Source: a bacterium (GTDB taxonomy: Bacteria > Electryoneota > Electryoneia > Electryoneales > Electryoneaceae). Taken from it: a stretch of DNA of 64,000 nucleotides. The position numbers were made by a program, and so were the translations under genes. Under the pieces are notes generated by a model that made no database searches, was not told the origin of the DNA, and was given only the letters and a program-made list of their open reading frames with translations. Position 1 is the stretch's first letter, and the number at the start of each line of letters is the position of its first letter. Below are positions 1-10,620 of this stretch, one piece after another. The stretch spans positions 2,304,001 to 2,368,000 of the forward strand of contig OY769902.1 of assembly GCA_963669175.1 (NCBI GenBank), given 5' to 3'.

Positions 1-14
1 AGTGCGAGCACAAT

Positions 15-2042
15 TTACTTCAAATTTTCATCCACCTGAACAGTTGTTTTATTATCCAGAACTTCGCGGATCACCTGGCCGAGGGTACGGGGCAGGAAGG
101 GTTTCCTGAGAATAATGCGTTTATGGACAAACCCGGTTTCCAGCAGTTGTTTATCAAAATCGTGGCTGTAACCTGTCATGAAAATGATTTTCAGCTTGGG
201 ACAGATCTCACGTGCTCGTTGTGCTGCTTCAATGCCATCGATCTCAGGCATGACAATATCCGTAAGCATCAGATCCGGTTTACATCCACTTCTTTGAAGC
301 TTACTAAGCGCATCCAATCCATCAGATGCCTGCTCGACTCGATATCCAAACCGTGTCAGCGTTTTTCTGATCATTGCGCGGACGGAGTCTTCATCTTCGA
401 CAACAAGGATGGTTTCAGTTCCGGTAGGAATGCCATCATTTTCAGCCATGTTGCTCTTGATGATTTCTTTGTCCAACGCGCGGGGGAGCAGGACATGAAA
501 AGTGGTTCCCTTTCCTTGAAGGGAATGCACAAGAATTTCGCCTTTGCTCTGTTTGACAATGCCATAAACGGTTGATAATCCCAGCCCGGTACCTTTGCCT
601 TCTTCCTTCGTGGTGAAGAAAGGATCAAAAATCTGATCACGTACGCTATCATCAATACCGATGCCGGTATCACGCACACTCAGACTGACATAGTCGCCAG
701 CATCCAGTTCAAGAGTAGCATCTTCCTTGGACAGGATGCGATTGTGGACACTGATGGTTACAGTCCCGCCATTGGGCATGGCGTCGCGAGCGTTGACAGC
801 AAGATTCACGATCACCTGCTCAAGCTGCACCGGATCAGCTTTGACCGACCAAACGGATGAATCCAGTTCTGTTTTCAGCTTGATATCTTCCCCAATAATG
901 CGTGTTAGTAACCTCTCCAGGTTTTCCACTACCTGGGACAGGTTTACTATAGATGGCTTGGAGGCTTGTCTACGGCTGAATGTCAATAGCTGCCGAGTGA
1001 GTTCAGCCGCATGCATGGCGGTATCAAGGATGTCATCAATAGGCTTCTGAACCTTATCATCGTTTTCGGCCCTGACATGAGCGACTTCAGCCGATCCGAT
1101 GATAGTCGTGAGAAGGTTGTTGAAGTCGTGGGCGATCCCCCCAGCCAAACGTCCGACCGCCTCCATCCGTTGGGCACGCTCCAATTGATGGTTCAGTTCG
1201 CGTCTTTTTGTTTCAGATTCACGGAACCGTCGGATTTCTTCATTCAATTCAATACGAGTATTTGCCAGATCCTCGTTGCGTCGAAGAATACTCTCTTCCA
1301 GTTCCGCTTTTACTTCTTCCAGTCTGGCTTCTGTCTGGCGGCGTTCCTCAATTTCACGTTCCAGCTTCATATTCGCGACTTCAAGGGTATGCTGTTTCAG
1401 GAACAGGAGCGCACGATTCCGATACAACAGCCTTGAAATGAACCACGCCATCGTCATGGAAGGGATAACGTAATACTGCTTCAACATCAGGTCTACGGAA
1501 TCCGGATTCAAAACTGTGCCGGTGATTCCCAGGGTGATGATGCCAAAACTGAATACCAGCAGAATAGTCAGGTTGGAAAAATACGCAAGCGCTCCCGTAT
1601 AGAAACAGGCAAGGACAAGTGTAGCCAGACCCTGCCCTGATACATGTTCAATGCCTGAGACAATTCCGGCCCAACCGACGAAGAAAAAAGCGCCAATCAC
1701 AAATGTGGACTGGTGAAGCTTTGAGACGCTTTCTTTGGATGACGGATTCAGAAGGATTGACAGGGTAAACTGCACAACAATGATTGCCAGAAAGACAGAG
1801 TCGATCGTAAAAAACAGATCATAGCCTGTAATCGTACTGTAGACATCAGAAAGATAGACATCGGATACGAGCAGGAAGATGCCTACCAATAGCAGGATAC
1901 CGGTGATCAGCGGGAGACGCTGTGCGTTTTCACGTGCCAGGTTTTTCCTGAAAGCTTCACGTTCGCTTTCAGGAATCTCCGGAAAGAGAGTTGTGTAGAG
2001 CTTCCTGGAAAGCTCTGGCAGTATGTGTCGTTTTTCGTCCAT
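15..2042 (-). CDS. Membrane-bound hybrid sensor histidine kinase/response regulator
   Basis: N-terminal hydrophobic TM segments, coiled coil, H-box AGGIAHDFNNLL, N-box NLAVNARDAM, G-boxes DTGIG and KGTGLGL, C-terminal REC domain (ILVVEDE, LTDIVMP, KPF). Start placed at MDEKRH (2042); the ORF is open to 2135. Confidence 0.92.
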   Translation of the reverse strand: MDEKRHILPELSRKLYTTLFPEIPESEREAFRKNLARENAQRLPLITGILLLVGIFLLVSDVYLSDVYSTITGYDLFFTIDSVFLAIIVVQFTLSILLNPSSKESVSKLHQSTFVIGAFFFVGWAGIVSGIEHVSGQGLATLVLACFYTGALAYFSNLTILLVFSFGIITLGITGTVLNPDSVDLMLKQYYVIPSMTMAWFISRLLYRNRALLFLKQHTLEVANMKLEREIEERRQTEARLEEVKAELEESILRRNEDLANTRIELNEEIRRFRESETKRRELNHQLERAQRMEAVGRLAGGIAHDFNNLLTTIIGSAEVAHVRAENDDKVQKPIDDILDTAMHAAELTRQLLTFSRRQASKPSIVNLSQVVENLERLLTRIIGEDIKLKTELDSSVWSVKADPVQLEQVIVNLAVNARDAMPNGGTVTISVHNRILSKEDATLELDAGDYVSLSVRDTGIGIDDSVRDQIFDPFFTTKEEGKGTGLGLSTVYGIVKQSKGEILVHSLQGKGTTFHVLLPRALDKEIIKSNMAENDGIPTGTETILVVEDEDSVRAMIRKTLTRFGYRVEQASDGLDALSKLQRSGCKPDLMLTDIVMPEIDGIEAAQRAREICPKLKIIFMTGYSHDFDKQLLETGFVHKRIILRKPFLPRTLGQVIREVLDNKTTVQVDENLK

Positions 2043-2355
2043 AGTTCTAGAAAAAAATGCTACTGTAGTCTTGCTTGATCTTAACAATCCTCGAAATGCT
2101 ATAGATAATATCGCTATAAAAAAATTCGAACACAAGCCTGAAGTGTGGGTTTATTTGCAGAATGAGTCACGGATTACAAGGTTCTTGCTTTTGTGGGGAG
2201 TAGTGTTGGATGTGTTGGAAAATATTGCTAGTGTGCGTGCTGTGCAAGTGAATCGGTTTTGTTGTATGATTTACCCCTGTGTCCTCGTCAAACAGGGGCA
2301 GTCGCTGGCTGGAAAAGAGTTTGTGGATTGATCGGCGTAAATCAACCTATAGGCT

Positions 2356-3717
2356 TCATTTTATTAGTTGGACTCGACGGCTGATAGAAGAGGTCGCCCC
2401 CTGTACCCGGAGCAGATAGGCGCCGGATGCGAGCTCGGATGCGTTGATGGCTAGTTCTGTTGCGGTTCGGACTCCTGCTTCCCAATGCTCTGAAAGAACT
2501 TCCTGTCCAAGCGAATTATACATGGTCAGGGTTACAGGTTGTCCATCGGGGATCGAGATTCGCAGGTGGAGCTGTGAGTTGAATGGGTTGGGCCAGGCAT
2601 CAATCGCAAGATCCGAAGGCAATCCCAGTGTTTGATCAGCAAACACGCTTAAACCACGTACGGTGAACGTATAAGTCTCTGTACTGACGATACTGTCCGG
2701 TCCGGAAATAGCTTTAACGAACCAGTCAACCTCTACGGAATCTGCATCCGAATAAGAGGCCAGCCATTCTGCCAGATCGGTCAGTGATGTGGATGGGGAA
2801 CGGAGGTTTTCCACCGTATAAGCAAGGTCCGGTCCCTGGTTTTCTGCACCATCGACTGCCAGGTACAGGGAATACCTGGTGGTGTCACCGGGGTCTGGAT
2901 CGGGAGCGCTCTGCCAGGCAAATCCCACGCTGTCGATGGCACTCCAGGCAAAGCGGGTATTATTTCCAGGTGCAATAAGGTTAAAGGGAGGAGGTGGTTC
3001 CGGAACGCTGACCTGAAAGCGCCAGATTCCCTCCGCCCAACGTCCGCCGGAATTCTCATCTACTGCACGTACAGTCCAACGATAGCTCGTGTTGTCCTCA
3101 ACCTGGATGTTGTAACCGGTGAATTCCATTCCCTGGGTCTCGAGTGGTAAATGTTCCAGTGAGTCCGGACCAACATACAGGGAATAGGAAATGGTCTCGC
3201 CGGGATCTTCCGCTGCTGTCCAGGCGAGGGCTATGGTCAGGGAGTCATGCCACGAACTATCCGCCGGGGTGACAAGGCTGAAAGCGCTGGGAAGATCGCC
3301 TGGTCCTGATTGTAGCCATGCGAGAGTGTACGGATTAGCGCCAAAGGTGCCGTTTCCGGTTGTAAGTGTGGCTTCGGCGATAACTTCCTGTTCCGTAGCG
3401 CTGTCCCAAACCCGGAACTCGATGGTATGACCGGAAGTAAATCCCGGCAGTTCATGCCCGACATCTTCCCGCCACGCATGCACATTGATCGGCCAATCAT
3501 CATAGTTGGCTGGAGCTATATCAGCGCCGACACACAGGTCGCCGTCAAACAGCCCGATTTCATCCCCCTCACCGAGAATCTCGCCGTTAAACAAGGCGGA
3601 ATCGATGATCACAGAGTACGGCTGTCCGGTCGGTTCTACCGGGGCAAAATGCTCCTGCGCCAGGACTAAAACCGGTGAAACAAGCAGGAGCATCAGGATG
3701 AACAGCCGTATCTGCAT
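2356..3717 (-). CDS. Secreted protein with Ig/FN3-like domains and T9SS-type C-terminal sorting domain
   Basis: Signal peptide MQIRLFILMLLLVSPVLVLA; two related modules (PSAFSLVTP...W / PPPFNLIAP...W, DPG/DPDPGD, Y.W.V.A); C-terminal WPNPFN...LASGAYLLRV...LIK. Confidence 0.8.
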   Translation of the reverse strand: MQIRLFILMLLLVSPVLVLAQEHFAPVEPTGQPYSVIIDSALFNGEILGEGDEIGLFDGDLCVGADIAPANYDDWPINVHAWREDVGHELPGFTSGHTIEFRVWDSATEQEVIAEATLTTGNGTFGANPYTLAWLQSGPGDLPSAFSLVTPADSSWHDSLTIALAWTAAEDPGETISYSLYVGPDSLEHLPLETQGMEFTGYNIQVEDNTSYRWTVRAVDENSGGRWAEGIWRFQVSVPEPPPPFNLIAPGNNTRFAWSAIDSVGFAWQSAPDPDPGDTTRYSLYLAVDGAENQGPDLAYTVENLRSPSTSLTDLAEWLASYSDADSVEVDWFVKAISGPDSIVSTETYTFTVRGLSVFADQTLGLPSDLAIDAWPNPFNSQLHLRISIPDGQPVTLTMYNSLGQEVLSEHWEAGVRTATELAINASELASGAYLLRVQGATSSISRRVQLIK

Positions 3718-3723
3718 TCGGAT

Positions 3724-4953
3724 TTACTCCGCCAGTATCGGGTTACGAACGACACCCATGAACAGGATCAGATCAGTCGGTTTATCAACAATCATGTAGA
3801 AAAATGGTTCATCAGCAGCAAAATCGAACCGTGGCCCATCAGAGGGTGGCACACTGGTTACCATGGAGATTTCTGTTACTGCCTTGGCTTCTGTCCCTTC
3901 TTCATCAACAGATATGTTTGCTTTTTGCAGTACCTGCGCCACGATTAAATGAGTATCTGACATCTTGCTGAAGTTGGCATCCCCGGAAAAGGCTACGCTT
4001 AAACCTTTGTTCTTGAGAATGTTGTTCAGAGAGATTTCTATTTTGTTTTCCCATTTCGGTAAACGAATCGAGCCTGCGCCGTGGGTGAACTGTTTTGCAT
4101 CCGCAACTTCCGGATTCAAAGCGCGAACGAAACCATCGAGACCGTGGTTTTGCGGGACGAAGACATACATATGCGCCGAGAATTCTTCGTTACTGCTGTA
4201 AATCAGGATAGTTGCGTGCAGATCTGCTTCGTTGATGAAAGGATATTTGCCGGATACCGGACGAAACATCATATCTGTCTGGATGGACTGTCCATCTTCC
4301 GTGTAAAAGGTGGCAGCATTGGTCATGTTTTGATCGAATGGAGTCACCCAGTCCCCATCAAACTCAGTGATATTGCGAAGCACCACAACGCCGGGTTGTT
4401 CCGCTTCAACAAATTCGGCATGAAAATCAGCTTGCATAGCATCCATATAGCTTTGCAGCAGGGGTACGCCGGCCTCAATCTGGTTCTCGATGCCCATCAG
4501 GTCAGAACGTCCACGTACATATTCCAGCACAGCTTCGACCTGGCCATTGAACTCCTTGCCGGAAGGAATGCCCATCACCTTTTCGAAAGCCTGTTTCGTC
4601 TCGGCGTCTGCCCCGTTATAGGCCATGCCCATGGCGATAAAAAGACTTATGGGTGAATAAACGATGTTGCCTTCTTTTTCCTGTGCGTAGACATCCTTGA
4701 AAGTGTCATAAGCGAACTGGTTGGCCTGATAGATAAAACCGGGACTGATGTCCATGGTATAGCGACGCAGCTCTTTATTGGGCAAGGGCTCTGCTTTGTC
4801 TGCGGGGGGGATTGCTTCACGTTTACCTGACTCCTGGTGAGAAAGATCAGGTTTCTTTTTCTGGATCGGTCCCTGTTCATGTTTTGGCCCGGCACATCCG
4901 AAAAGTGCCAGGGAAAATGCTGTGGTCAGTAGCAGGGTAAAAAAGTATCGCAT
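3724..4953 (-). CDS. Serpin family lipoprotein
   Basis: Lipobox LFGC; NIVYSPIS; hinge VDEEGTEAKAVT; C-terminal FAADEPFFYMIVDKPTDLILFMG. Confidence 0.9.
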   Translation of the reverse strand: MRYFFTLLLTTAFSLALFGCAGPKHEQGPIQKKKPDLSHQESGKREAIPPADKAEPLPNKELRRYTMDISPGFIYQANQFAYDTFKDVYAQEKEGNIVYSPISLFIAMGMAYNGADAETKQAFEKVMGIPSGKEFNGQVEAVLEYVRGRSDLMGIENQIEAGVPLLQSYMDAMQADFHAEFVEAEQPGVVVLRNITEFDGDWVTPFDQNMTNAATFYTEDGQSIQTDMMFRPVSGKYPFINEADLHATILIYSSNEEFSAHMYVFVPQNHGLDGFVRALNPEVADAKQFTHGAGSIRLPKWENKIEISLNNILKNKGLSVAFSGDANFSKMSDTHLIVAQVLQKANISVDEEGTEAKAVTEISMVTSVPPSDGPRFDFAADEPFFYMIVDKPTDLILFMGVVRNPILAE

Positions 4954-4992
4954 CGAACACTCCTGTCGGTTCGTTTGTTACGGTTCAATCCG

Positions 4993-6195
4993 TTATTCTG
5001 CAGATTCATTTACTACAGGATTATACACCTTTCCCATAAACAGGATCATTTCTGTCGGTTGATCCACAATGGCGAAGAGGAAAGGACGGTTGACATCGAA
5101 ATTGATTGCGGGCATAGCCTGCCGTTTTTCCGAGGCTGCCTTCATTTCGACCTCTGTTGTCGCTTCCGCTTCAACACCTTCTTCGTTGATAGTCAACTCA
5201 ATTGCCTGCCTGACCTCGGAGATCATCAGGTCCATATCGGTAATATGCGGGAATTCGGCAAGTACGGTAAAAGGACGCTCCAACCCGCAAGATGCGAGAG
5301 TACTGTTCAGAACCTGTTTTTCCGCAAAGGTCATGCGAGGCAGAATAAGTTCGCCGACTGCCGGCTGGAAATACGCCAGTGAGAAGACTTCTCCAAGATC
5401 AAATTTCAGCAGGGAATCTGGATGCTGACCCTCATTGGGAAGAATGATGATCATGCTGGCGCCGAAATTCCCGTTGAAATTGAATTCCAGCATAACAGAC
5501 TGAAAAATCTCGGTTTCATGATAATAGACCGGAGTTTCATCCGAAAGCAGACGGTGCATCATGGGGATGGAAATCGTTGAATCCGGTGAAATGTGAAACT
5601 CACCCTCGACCGTCTTACTCTTGTCAAATGTCTCCTGCCAGAAGCCTTTAAACATCAGGTTGTTCTGCAGGACCAGGGATTCATCGGGGTATTTCGAGAT
5701 GCGTACATCATAGACACGTTCCATCAGGTCTTCAAACGCTCGCATAATCATGATACGTTCACCGACCTTCATCGTGTTCTCCATGGAGATCAGATCTTCA
5801 CGAGCGAACAGGTAGCGAGTCAATTCACGGGCGTGGACATTGAAGGAATCGGAACTGAGAGTAGTGTCCAACAGCATGGTTTTTTCAAACTGCTGCTTGG
5901 TGTCAAAACCTGAACCGTAATAAGCCATGGTCAGGGCCGTGTAGAGCCCTGACGGAGAAAAGACGGCATTCTCTTCCGGGTGGTCCAGGCAGAGTTGTTT
6001 GAATGTTGTATAGGCAAACCGGTTGACATGCTGGATGGTGCTGTCCGGGAGACTTTCCAGTTGTTTCTGAGCTGCATCCTGATCCAATATCGGCGTCTGC
6101 GAAACAGTTTTACTCTGTTTCTTTTCCGTGCCGCATCCTGTGAACAGGAGCAATCCAGTGAAAATAAGTGTGATAACGATTGTCGCCGCTCGCAT
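4993..6195 (-). CDS. Serpin family lipoprotein
   Basis: Lipobox FTGC; NAVFSPSG; FKGFW; hinge INEEGVEAEATT; FDVNRPFLFAIVDQPTEMILFMGKV. Confidence 0.9.
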   Translation of the reverse strand: MRAATIVITLIFTGLLLFTGCGTEKKQSKTVSQTPILDQDAAQKQLESLPDSTIQHVNRFAYTTFKQLCLDHPEENAVFSPSGLYTALTMAYYGSGFDTKQQFEKTMLLDTTLSSDSFNVHARELTRYLFAREDLISMENTMKVGERIMIMRAFEDLMERVYDVRISKYPDESLVLQNNLMFKGFWQETFDKSKTVEGEFHISPDSTISIPMMHRLLSDETPVYYHETEIFQSVMLEFNFNGNFGASMIIILPNEGQHPDSLLKFDLGEVFSLAYFQPAVGELILPRMTFAEKQVLNSTLASCGLERPFTVLAEFPHITDMDLMISEVRQAIELTINEEGVEAEATTEVEMKAASEKRQAMPAINFDVNRPFLFAIVDQPTEMILFMGKVYNPVVNESAE

Positions 6196-6236
6196 GACTT
6201 TCCCCCTTCGGATTCGCTGAAGATTACAAAAACCGG

Positions 6237-7988
6237 TTAATGATCCCAGCGCATGGTAATGTAACCTCTATTGCCCTTCTGCTCCAGTGATATTTCATCT
6301 ACCTGTTGAGAAACCAGAAAACCGGTCAAGCTGGAGATCTCACAATCACCGGCCATAAGAGTTGAGATATCCGGCGCCGTTGCTGGAAGTTTTGGCAAGG
6401 TGCCGCTATAATCGAAGATCATCCTCAGGTTGTACTCGTCAAAACTGGCTGATGCGTTAATCCTATTACTGCTGACATGCTTTTTATTCTCCAGCAGGTC
6501 AGCCAACTCCGTTATGGCGGCAGTCGCTTTGCCGATAACATCCGGTCTTGCTCCCCACGCGCCGCCATATTTTTTCATAGTATTGTTAATGAAATCAGGA
6601 GCATCGGGACCGAGAGGCAACTCAAAATGGACTGTCTTCTTGATCCCGATACGGAAAATGAGGTTTAATATGACAGCCGTAACTGTGCCAAGGGATAGAG
6701 ATGAACTGAAAACCGGGGCGATCCAGGGGTGGAAATGATCGTATACATGAGGCAGCATATCAGCACTCAGACCGAAGACCACCGAAATACCAATTACAAA
6801 GGTCTTGCGTGCATCCAGCATGCGTGACATCGCAAGCTGAAAACCGGTAACGATCATGAAGCTTACTACAAAAATCAGGGTAGCGCCCAAGACAGGTTGA
6901 GGAATAATGATAAAGAGTTGGGACAACTTGGGTAAAAACGCCAGCATGATCAGCATGCTGCCTATGAAGTAGGCCAGGACACGACTGGTAGAATTTGTCG
7001 CTATGGCCATACCGATATTGGAAGAACTGGTTGACTGTCCGAATGCACCCAGCGCCCCAGATAAAATCCCGCCGAGACTGTCTGCGAATATTCCCCTTGA
7101 GATATTGTTCATGTCCGGACGAAGCCATTTGGCATCGTTGATTTTCTGGCACGTTGCCAGGTCACCGACCGATTTAAGCGTGGAACAAAGAGCTGCTATG
7201 GTGAAGGGAACAATCAGGGTCGGTTCAAATTTCCAGCTCATATGGGTCATGCTTGGCAAAGTAAACCAGCTTGCTTCGCTCACTGATTCCCAATCGGCTG
7301 GAGCGATAACTCCAAGCAGGGAGCTTGCTACGAAACCAGTAACAATCCCGGTCAGGATGGCAAAAAGCCTCAGTTTACCTTTGGAGTACACGTTTATCCC
7401 GATCATCACTGCCAGGGCAAGCATACCGATGAACATGTCCTTGTAGATGATCAGGCTTTCACCGTTCTCTACATGGTAGCCCAGCAGGTTTTTCACCGCG
7501 ATAGGGACAACGACAATTCCAACCAGGGCGACAACCAACCCGGTTACTTCAGCAGGGAACAGGAAGCGCATTTTCTTGATGAGAGGCGCAAGGGAAGATT
7601 CCACCAAGCCCACGAAGAAGGTCATGCCGAACATAACCGGAAGTCCCCCAACCGCAATAGATTGCATCGAAGCACTCAGGTAAGACGGACCGCAGACTGA
7701 GGGGCAAAGATATCCTGAACCGTAAGGGCCGATGCCACGTGCCTGGATAATGGTAATAACGCCGCCGGCAATCAGGCTCATGCTGATAATAGCTTGCCCG
7801 GTTTCTTGAGAAATGCTGTCACCAAGCTGGTGAATAATCAGTACCGGGAACATCACGCCGATGAATATGATGATAATGTGCTGCAACGCAAGGATCAGGG
7901 AAACCGTCAAAGGTGGTTTATCATCCAGGCCGTAGACGAGGTTGTCGGGTTTTTTCTCGACAACAGGTTTACATGGACTTAAAAGCAT
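6237..7988 (-). CDS. NCS2 family (xanthine/uracil) permease with C-terminal cytoplasmic extension
   Basis: YGLDDKPP...ALQH N-terminal motif, FPAEVTG, signature-like QSTSSSNIG, PQPVLG; many TM helices. Start uncertain (7988-8012). Confidence 0.85.
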   Translation of the reverse strand: MLLSPCKPVVEKKPDNLVYGLDDKPPLTVSLILALQHIIIIFIGVMFPVLIIHQLGDSISQETGQAIISMSLIAGGVITIIQARGIGPYGSGYLCPSVCGPSYLSASMQSIAVGGLPVMFGMTFFVGLVESSLAPLIKKMRFLFPAEVTGLVVALVGIVVVPIAVKNLLGYHVENGESLIIYKDMFIGMLALAVMIGINVYSKGKLRLFAILTGIVTGFVASSLLGVIAPADWESVSEASWFTLPSMTHMSWKFEPTLIVPFTIAALCSTLKSVGDLATCQKINDAKWLRPDMNNISRGIFADSLGGILSGALGAFGQSTSSSNIGMAIATNSTSRVLAYFIGSMLIMLAFLPKLSQLFIIIPQPVLGATLIFVVSFMIVTGFQLAMSRMLDARKTFVIGISVVFGLSADMLPHVYDHFHPWIAPVFSSSLSLGTVTAVILNLIFRIGIKKTVHFELPLGPDAPDFINNTMKKYGGAWGARPDVIGKATAAITELADLLENKKHVSSNRINASASFDEYNLRMIFDYSGTLPKLPATAPDISTLMAGDCEISSLTGFLVSQQVDEISLEQKGNRGYITMRWDH

Positions 7989-8031
7989 GAAGTCGCCCCC
8001 GCAGACTTTCAAAAGGTCTTGTCAAATCACC

Positions 8032-8183
8032 AGATCCCCGGTCAGGCTCGGGGATGACATATCGCGTCCACGAGATCCCCGGTCAAGCTCGGGGATGACA
8101 TATCGCGTCCACGAGATCCCCGGTCAAGCTCGGCGATGACATATCGCGTCCACCAGATCCCCGGTCAGGCTCGGGGATGACAT
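8032..8183. repeat. Tandem array of four REP-like palindromes, 41-bp period
   Basis: AGATCCCCGGTCA(G/A)GCTCGGGGATGACATATCGCGTCCAC units start at 8032, 8073, 8114 and 8155; each holds an ATCCCCG...CGGGGAT stem. Confidence 0.9.
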
Positions 8184-8216
8184 GATGTGACGATTCCCTG
8201 GATTAACATACGATCA

Positions 8217-9716
8217 TCAGTACAGCTCGTCTACCTTCTTTGACAGGTATGCAATCAAATGGCCCGCATCCGGTTTTGCACCCGTAGCCTGCTTGACCAG
8301 GTCCGCAGGGGCATAACGGCGTCCATGATGATGCACATTCTCATGCAGCCAGTCCAGCAGTGGTGCGTATTCGCCTTTGCTGAAAGCGTTGTCCAGACCG
8401 CCGGTCGCCTTGTCCGCCGCAGCAAACAGTTGTGCCGAGTAAATATTTCCAAGTGAATATGTGGGGAAGTAGCCGACCAGGCCTATGCTCCAGTGTACAT
8501 CCTGCAAACAGCCCTTGGCATGGTTCGGGACATCCAGTCCGAAATACGTTTTAACTTTCTCGTTCCATGCGCCCGGCAGGTCGGCTGGAGCTAGGTCGCC
8601 ATGCAGGATGGCGCGTTCCAGCTCGGCACGTAGCAGGATATGCAGGTTATACGTCACTTCGTCCGCTTCCACACGGATAAACGAGGGACGAACTGTATTG
8701 ATGGCAAAATAAAAATCATCAAACGATACATCTTTCAACGCTTCAAAGGTTTCCTGGGCTTTCGGATACCAGTACTGCCAGAAACTGCGGGAGCGTCCAA
8801 CCATGTTCTCCCACATCCGTGACTGGGACTCATGCACGCCCAGCGAGACCGCTGTTCCGATGGGCAGCCCGAAGTGTTCAATCAGGGCGCCTTGTTCGTA
8901 CATGCCGTGTCCGCCCTCATGCAGGACGCTAAAGAAGGAACCCGGAAACCAGTTCTCGTCGTAACGGGTGGTGATGCGGACATCCTGCGGACCGGGGGTG
9001 ATACAGAACGGGTGTACGGTCGGATCGAGACGGCCGTTGGTGAAATTGAAGCCGAACTGCGCGACCACCTGCTTGGCGAATTCTTCCTGCTGATCCTTGG
9101 GATAGAAGCGACGCATGATGCCCTGATCCGGCTGCTTCGGGCTGTTTACCGCCTTTTCAACCAGGGGAACCAGCTTTTCACGCAAGTCCTGCAACAGCGG
9201 AACAATCTGAGCGCTACGGGCACACGGTTCGTATTCTTCCAGCAGGGCGTCGTAAGGATCATCCTCGTAACCGTAACAATCCGCCACTTCACGCGCCAGG
9301 CTGAAAACCTCCTTCAAGTGTGGTTCGAACTCGGCGAAATTTTCATTCTTGCGAGCCTGCACCCACGCCTGGTAGCTGATCGAATGCGTCTTGCTGATTC
9401 GTTCCACCAGTTCCTGAGGCAGCTTGGTAGCGCGTTCGTAGTCACGCTTCAGCTCACGGATATTGACCACTTCCGGGGATAACGGATCAAGATCCTTGCA
9501 TTCCTCGGCGGCCTTGTCCAGAAGTTCGCCCAACTTTGGAGCTGTGGCCTGCTCATGACGCAATCCTGCCAGATAGGCGGCCTGTTCCCCACGATATTCT
9601 GCGCCACCCTCGGGCAGGTACACGTTCTCGTCCCATCCCAGCAATTCCGAAATGCTGGACAACAAGCCCATCCGTTTGGCATAGGCGACAAGTTCTTCGT
9701 AGGCGGTACGTTCCAT
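8217..9716 (-). CDS. Carboxypeptidase M32 (Taq-like)
   Basis: HPF, DVRITTRY, HEGGH zinc motif, HESQSR, IRVEADE, GCLQDVHW, GYFPTYSLG. Start placed at MERTAY. Confidence 0.95.
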   Translation of the reverse strand: MERTAYEELVAYAKRMGLLSSISELLGWDENVYLPEGGAEYRGEQAAYLAGLRHEQATAPKLGELLDKAAEECKDLDPLSPEVVNIRELKRDYERATKLPQELVERISKTHSISYQAWVQARKNENFAEFEPHLKEVFSLAREVADCYGYEDDPYDALLEEYEPCARSAQIVPLLQDLREKLVPLVEKAVNSPKQPDQGIMRRFYPKDQQEEFAKQVVAQFGFNFTNGRLDPTVHPFCITPGPQDVRITTRYDENWFPGSFFSVLHEGGHGMYEQGALIEHFGLPIGTAVSLGVHESQSRMWENMVGRSRSFWQYWYPKAQETFEALKDVSFDDFYFAINTVRPSFIRVEADEVTYNLHILLRAELERAILHGDLAPADLPGAWNEKVKTYFGLDVPNHAKGCLQDVHWSIGLVGYFPTYSLGNIYSAQLFAAADKATGGLDNAFSKGEYAPLLDWLHENVHHHGRRYAPADLVKQATGAKPDAGHLIAYLSKKVDELY

Positions 9717-10620
9717 CGGTTCACTCCTGATGCTGGGTGGTATGGTGTTCCCGAAAAGCTGTCCTGCTTTGCTCTTGGGCACGCAGTGTACAAACACAGC
9801 AAAGGTAGGGGTTCAACAGGGGACAGGCAAAGGTATTGAGGGGGATGGAATGAATTTGCTGTATAGTATTTCGACCGAAAGTTTTTTGCCCGACTGCTTG
9901 TCAGTCCGGTATCAAAAGGTTAGTGACGTATATATTAGATTTCCGAAATTGCTCCGTCATGTGAGAAATATTTTCATTTTCTTGCGTATCACGCTAATGA
10001 GCAAAGCAATCCTGCCAATCCTTGACAATGGCTATATTACATCATTCTAAGGTATGCAAAAAGTATTTCTGTAAATGTAATATAATTAATTTTTTAGGTG
10101 GATTTATACCTGTAATAAGATTTGAAATATACAGTTATGTGAAGATGTCACAAAACACCAAATACCCAAAAATTTCATTTATCTTTCAGACGACTCTGTT
10201 TTGAGTTGCAGTCTGCAATTCTTCTTTCCAATTTAATAACAATTTTAGTACATGCTTCTTATATACAGTACATACAATGATAGTCGGACTGTAATAGTCA
10301 GACTGTTGACATCTGAACAAAAGCTTTAAAAGCAGGTTAGGACGTTGGCGAAACACGCCTTGGGTATTTGCCCTAGTAGCATTTACCTGACGGACACAAT
10401 TGCTTAGACAGGTGATATCAATGCTTTGTCATACAAATTTGCATTTTGCTGAGAGAAATCCCGATGATGCTCTTTTCATGTGCGTCATAGGAGGACAGAC
10501 CGGCTCATTTTCTATCAGGATACGCAAGCTGTACACTAGAATTAAAATCAAAATACAGATGCAACTTATTTTTTTCTGTCCTAAATGCAATTTTTACTTT
10601 GTACCATAGGACTCCCAATC

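Noticed and set aside
8032-8183. CRISPR array
   Set aside because: The sequence between palindromes is identical and only about 13 bp, so there are no unique spacers; no cas genes in the window.
10330-10395. Riboswitch upstream of the T9SS gene
   Set aside because: Small hairpins are present, but I could not match them to any riboswitch consensus.
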